NCBI RefSeq assembly: GCF_963921235.1
Contig: NC_086097.1
Span: 34,598,001-34,662,000, forward strand
Reading direction: 5' to 3'
DNA: 64,000 bases
DNA from: Mobula hypostoma
Taxonomy: Eukaryota
Of this stretch, positions 63,211-64,000 are shown piece by piece; positions within the stretch are counted from its first letter, which is position 1, and each line of letters opens with the position of its first letter. The position numbers and the translations under genes are program-made. Below the pieces are notes generated by a model. It worked only from the letters and a program-made list of their open reading frames with translations. It did not search any database and was not told the origin of the DNA.

Positions 63211-64000
63211 TAATGACCGCTCATAAATTTATTCACATCTAAATACCTGGTGTACCAAGACCAAATGAAGCATGTCACCCTCTGTTGTTTGTTCTCCAGT
63301 CCTCCTTACTCAATGGCCTCTATGGTGGTTAACATAAAGGCACTTGAAATGAAAAGCCTCTTTTTGAACTGATGCCTATTGATCCTTACCACAGTTGTTT
63401 CCTTGTTTTGATGGGCTAAGTGAAGTCTCTGAAACAAAAAGGTAGGCTTGATCTTCTTTTGTAATTTACAGTTATAACTCTGAATGTTGCTTAATTGAAA
63501 CTAATATAAGATCCATTTACTTTCTTCTTTAAGCTATTGTACATCACAATATTTTAAATATGTCCAGAAATGTATGCAGTTGGTTATCTGAAGTTTGGAT
63601 TTTAGCTATTTTGTGCAGAAACAAATATCACAATTTAAATTCAGGCTTTTCCCCCCAAAATTTTAAAAGCAATTTTAGTTGAAATGAGCAGCTCTTGTTA
63701 TCCTGTTACACTTTTCCTCAGAGGTAGATGGCGTAAAGTGTGATTAATCACGTTTTATAAACTTTTTTTGATGTGTGCTTACTGGAGATAAGATGTGTCA
63801 TCCCTAAAATAGAGTTCATAGAGTCATCTCACCATATATCTAACACCACCACATTTTTTGGTATGGGGGAGTGCATCTTACGTTTTAAAAAAAAGTTTTG
63901 CATGCTGAGTTACTGAATGAGTTATTTTCTGTTTAGTCAGGAGGTTGACGTAATGAACTGATAAGCTATTTTTGCAATGCACGTTATTTTCTGGTAAAAT

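Noticed and set aside
1..64000. CRISPR arrays, operons, tRNA/rRNA genes and the many 60-250 aa ORFs as novel genes
   Set aside because: No regularly spaced repeat-spacer array or structural RNA gene was seen; nearly all listed ORFs are sense or antisense frames of LINE/Penelope remnants or chance frames.

Overview
This is vertebrate, repeat-dense genomic DNA with no prokaryotic features. The CR1, Penelope and Rex1/Babar repeat landscape suggests a cartilaginous fish, probably a ray (inference). The only host gene I can support is the 3' half of ataxin-3 (ATXN3) on the + strand. Five coding exons (10079-10217, 10630-10802, 28895-29027, 40588-40658, 42717-42808) splice in frame at GT-AG junctions and encode the end of the Josephin domain, UIM1, UIM2 and the VCP-binding motif. 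The exon-10 equivalent has no polyQ tract and the third UIM is degenerate. The rest is mostly nested retroelements (CR1, Rex1/Babar, Penelope-like, L1, RTE) plus three DNA-transposon derivatives (Tigger, mariner, PIF/Harbinger). Highlights: (1) more than 10 minimal hammerhead ribozyme motifs carried by Penelope repeats, including a nested 1.1-kb palindrome in the last ATXN3 intron; (2) a young Penelope subfamily making 13-14 bp target-site duplications; (3) a Tigger element that resembles mammalian MER2 as I recall it; (4) a possible read-through, intronically polyadenylated ATXN3 isoform; (5) an old non-coding block duplicated 18.3 kb apart. Repeat boundaries are approximate unless a TIR or TSD is quoted.
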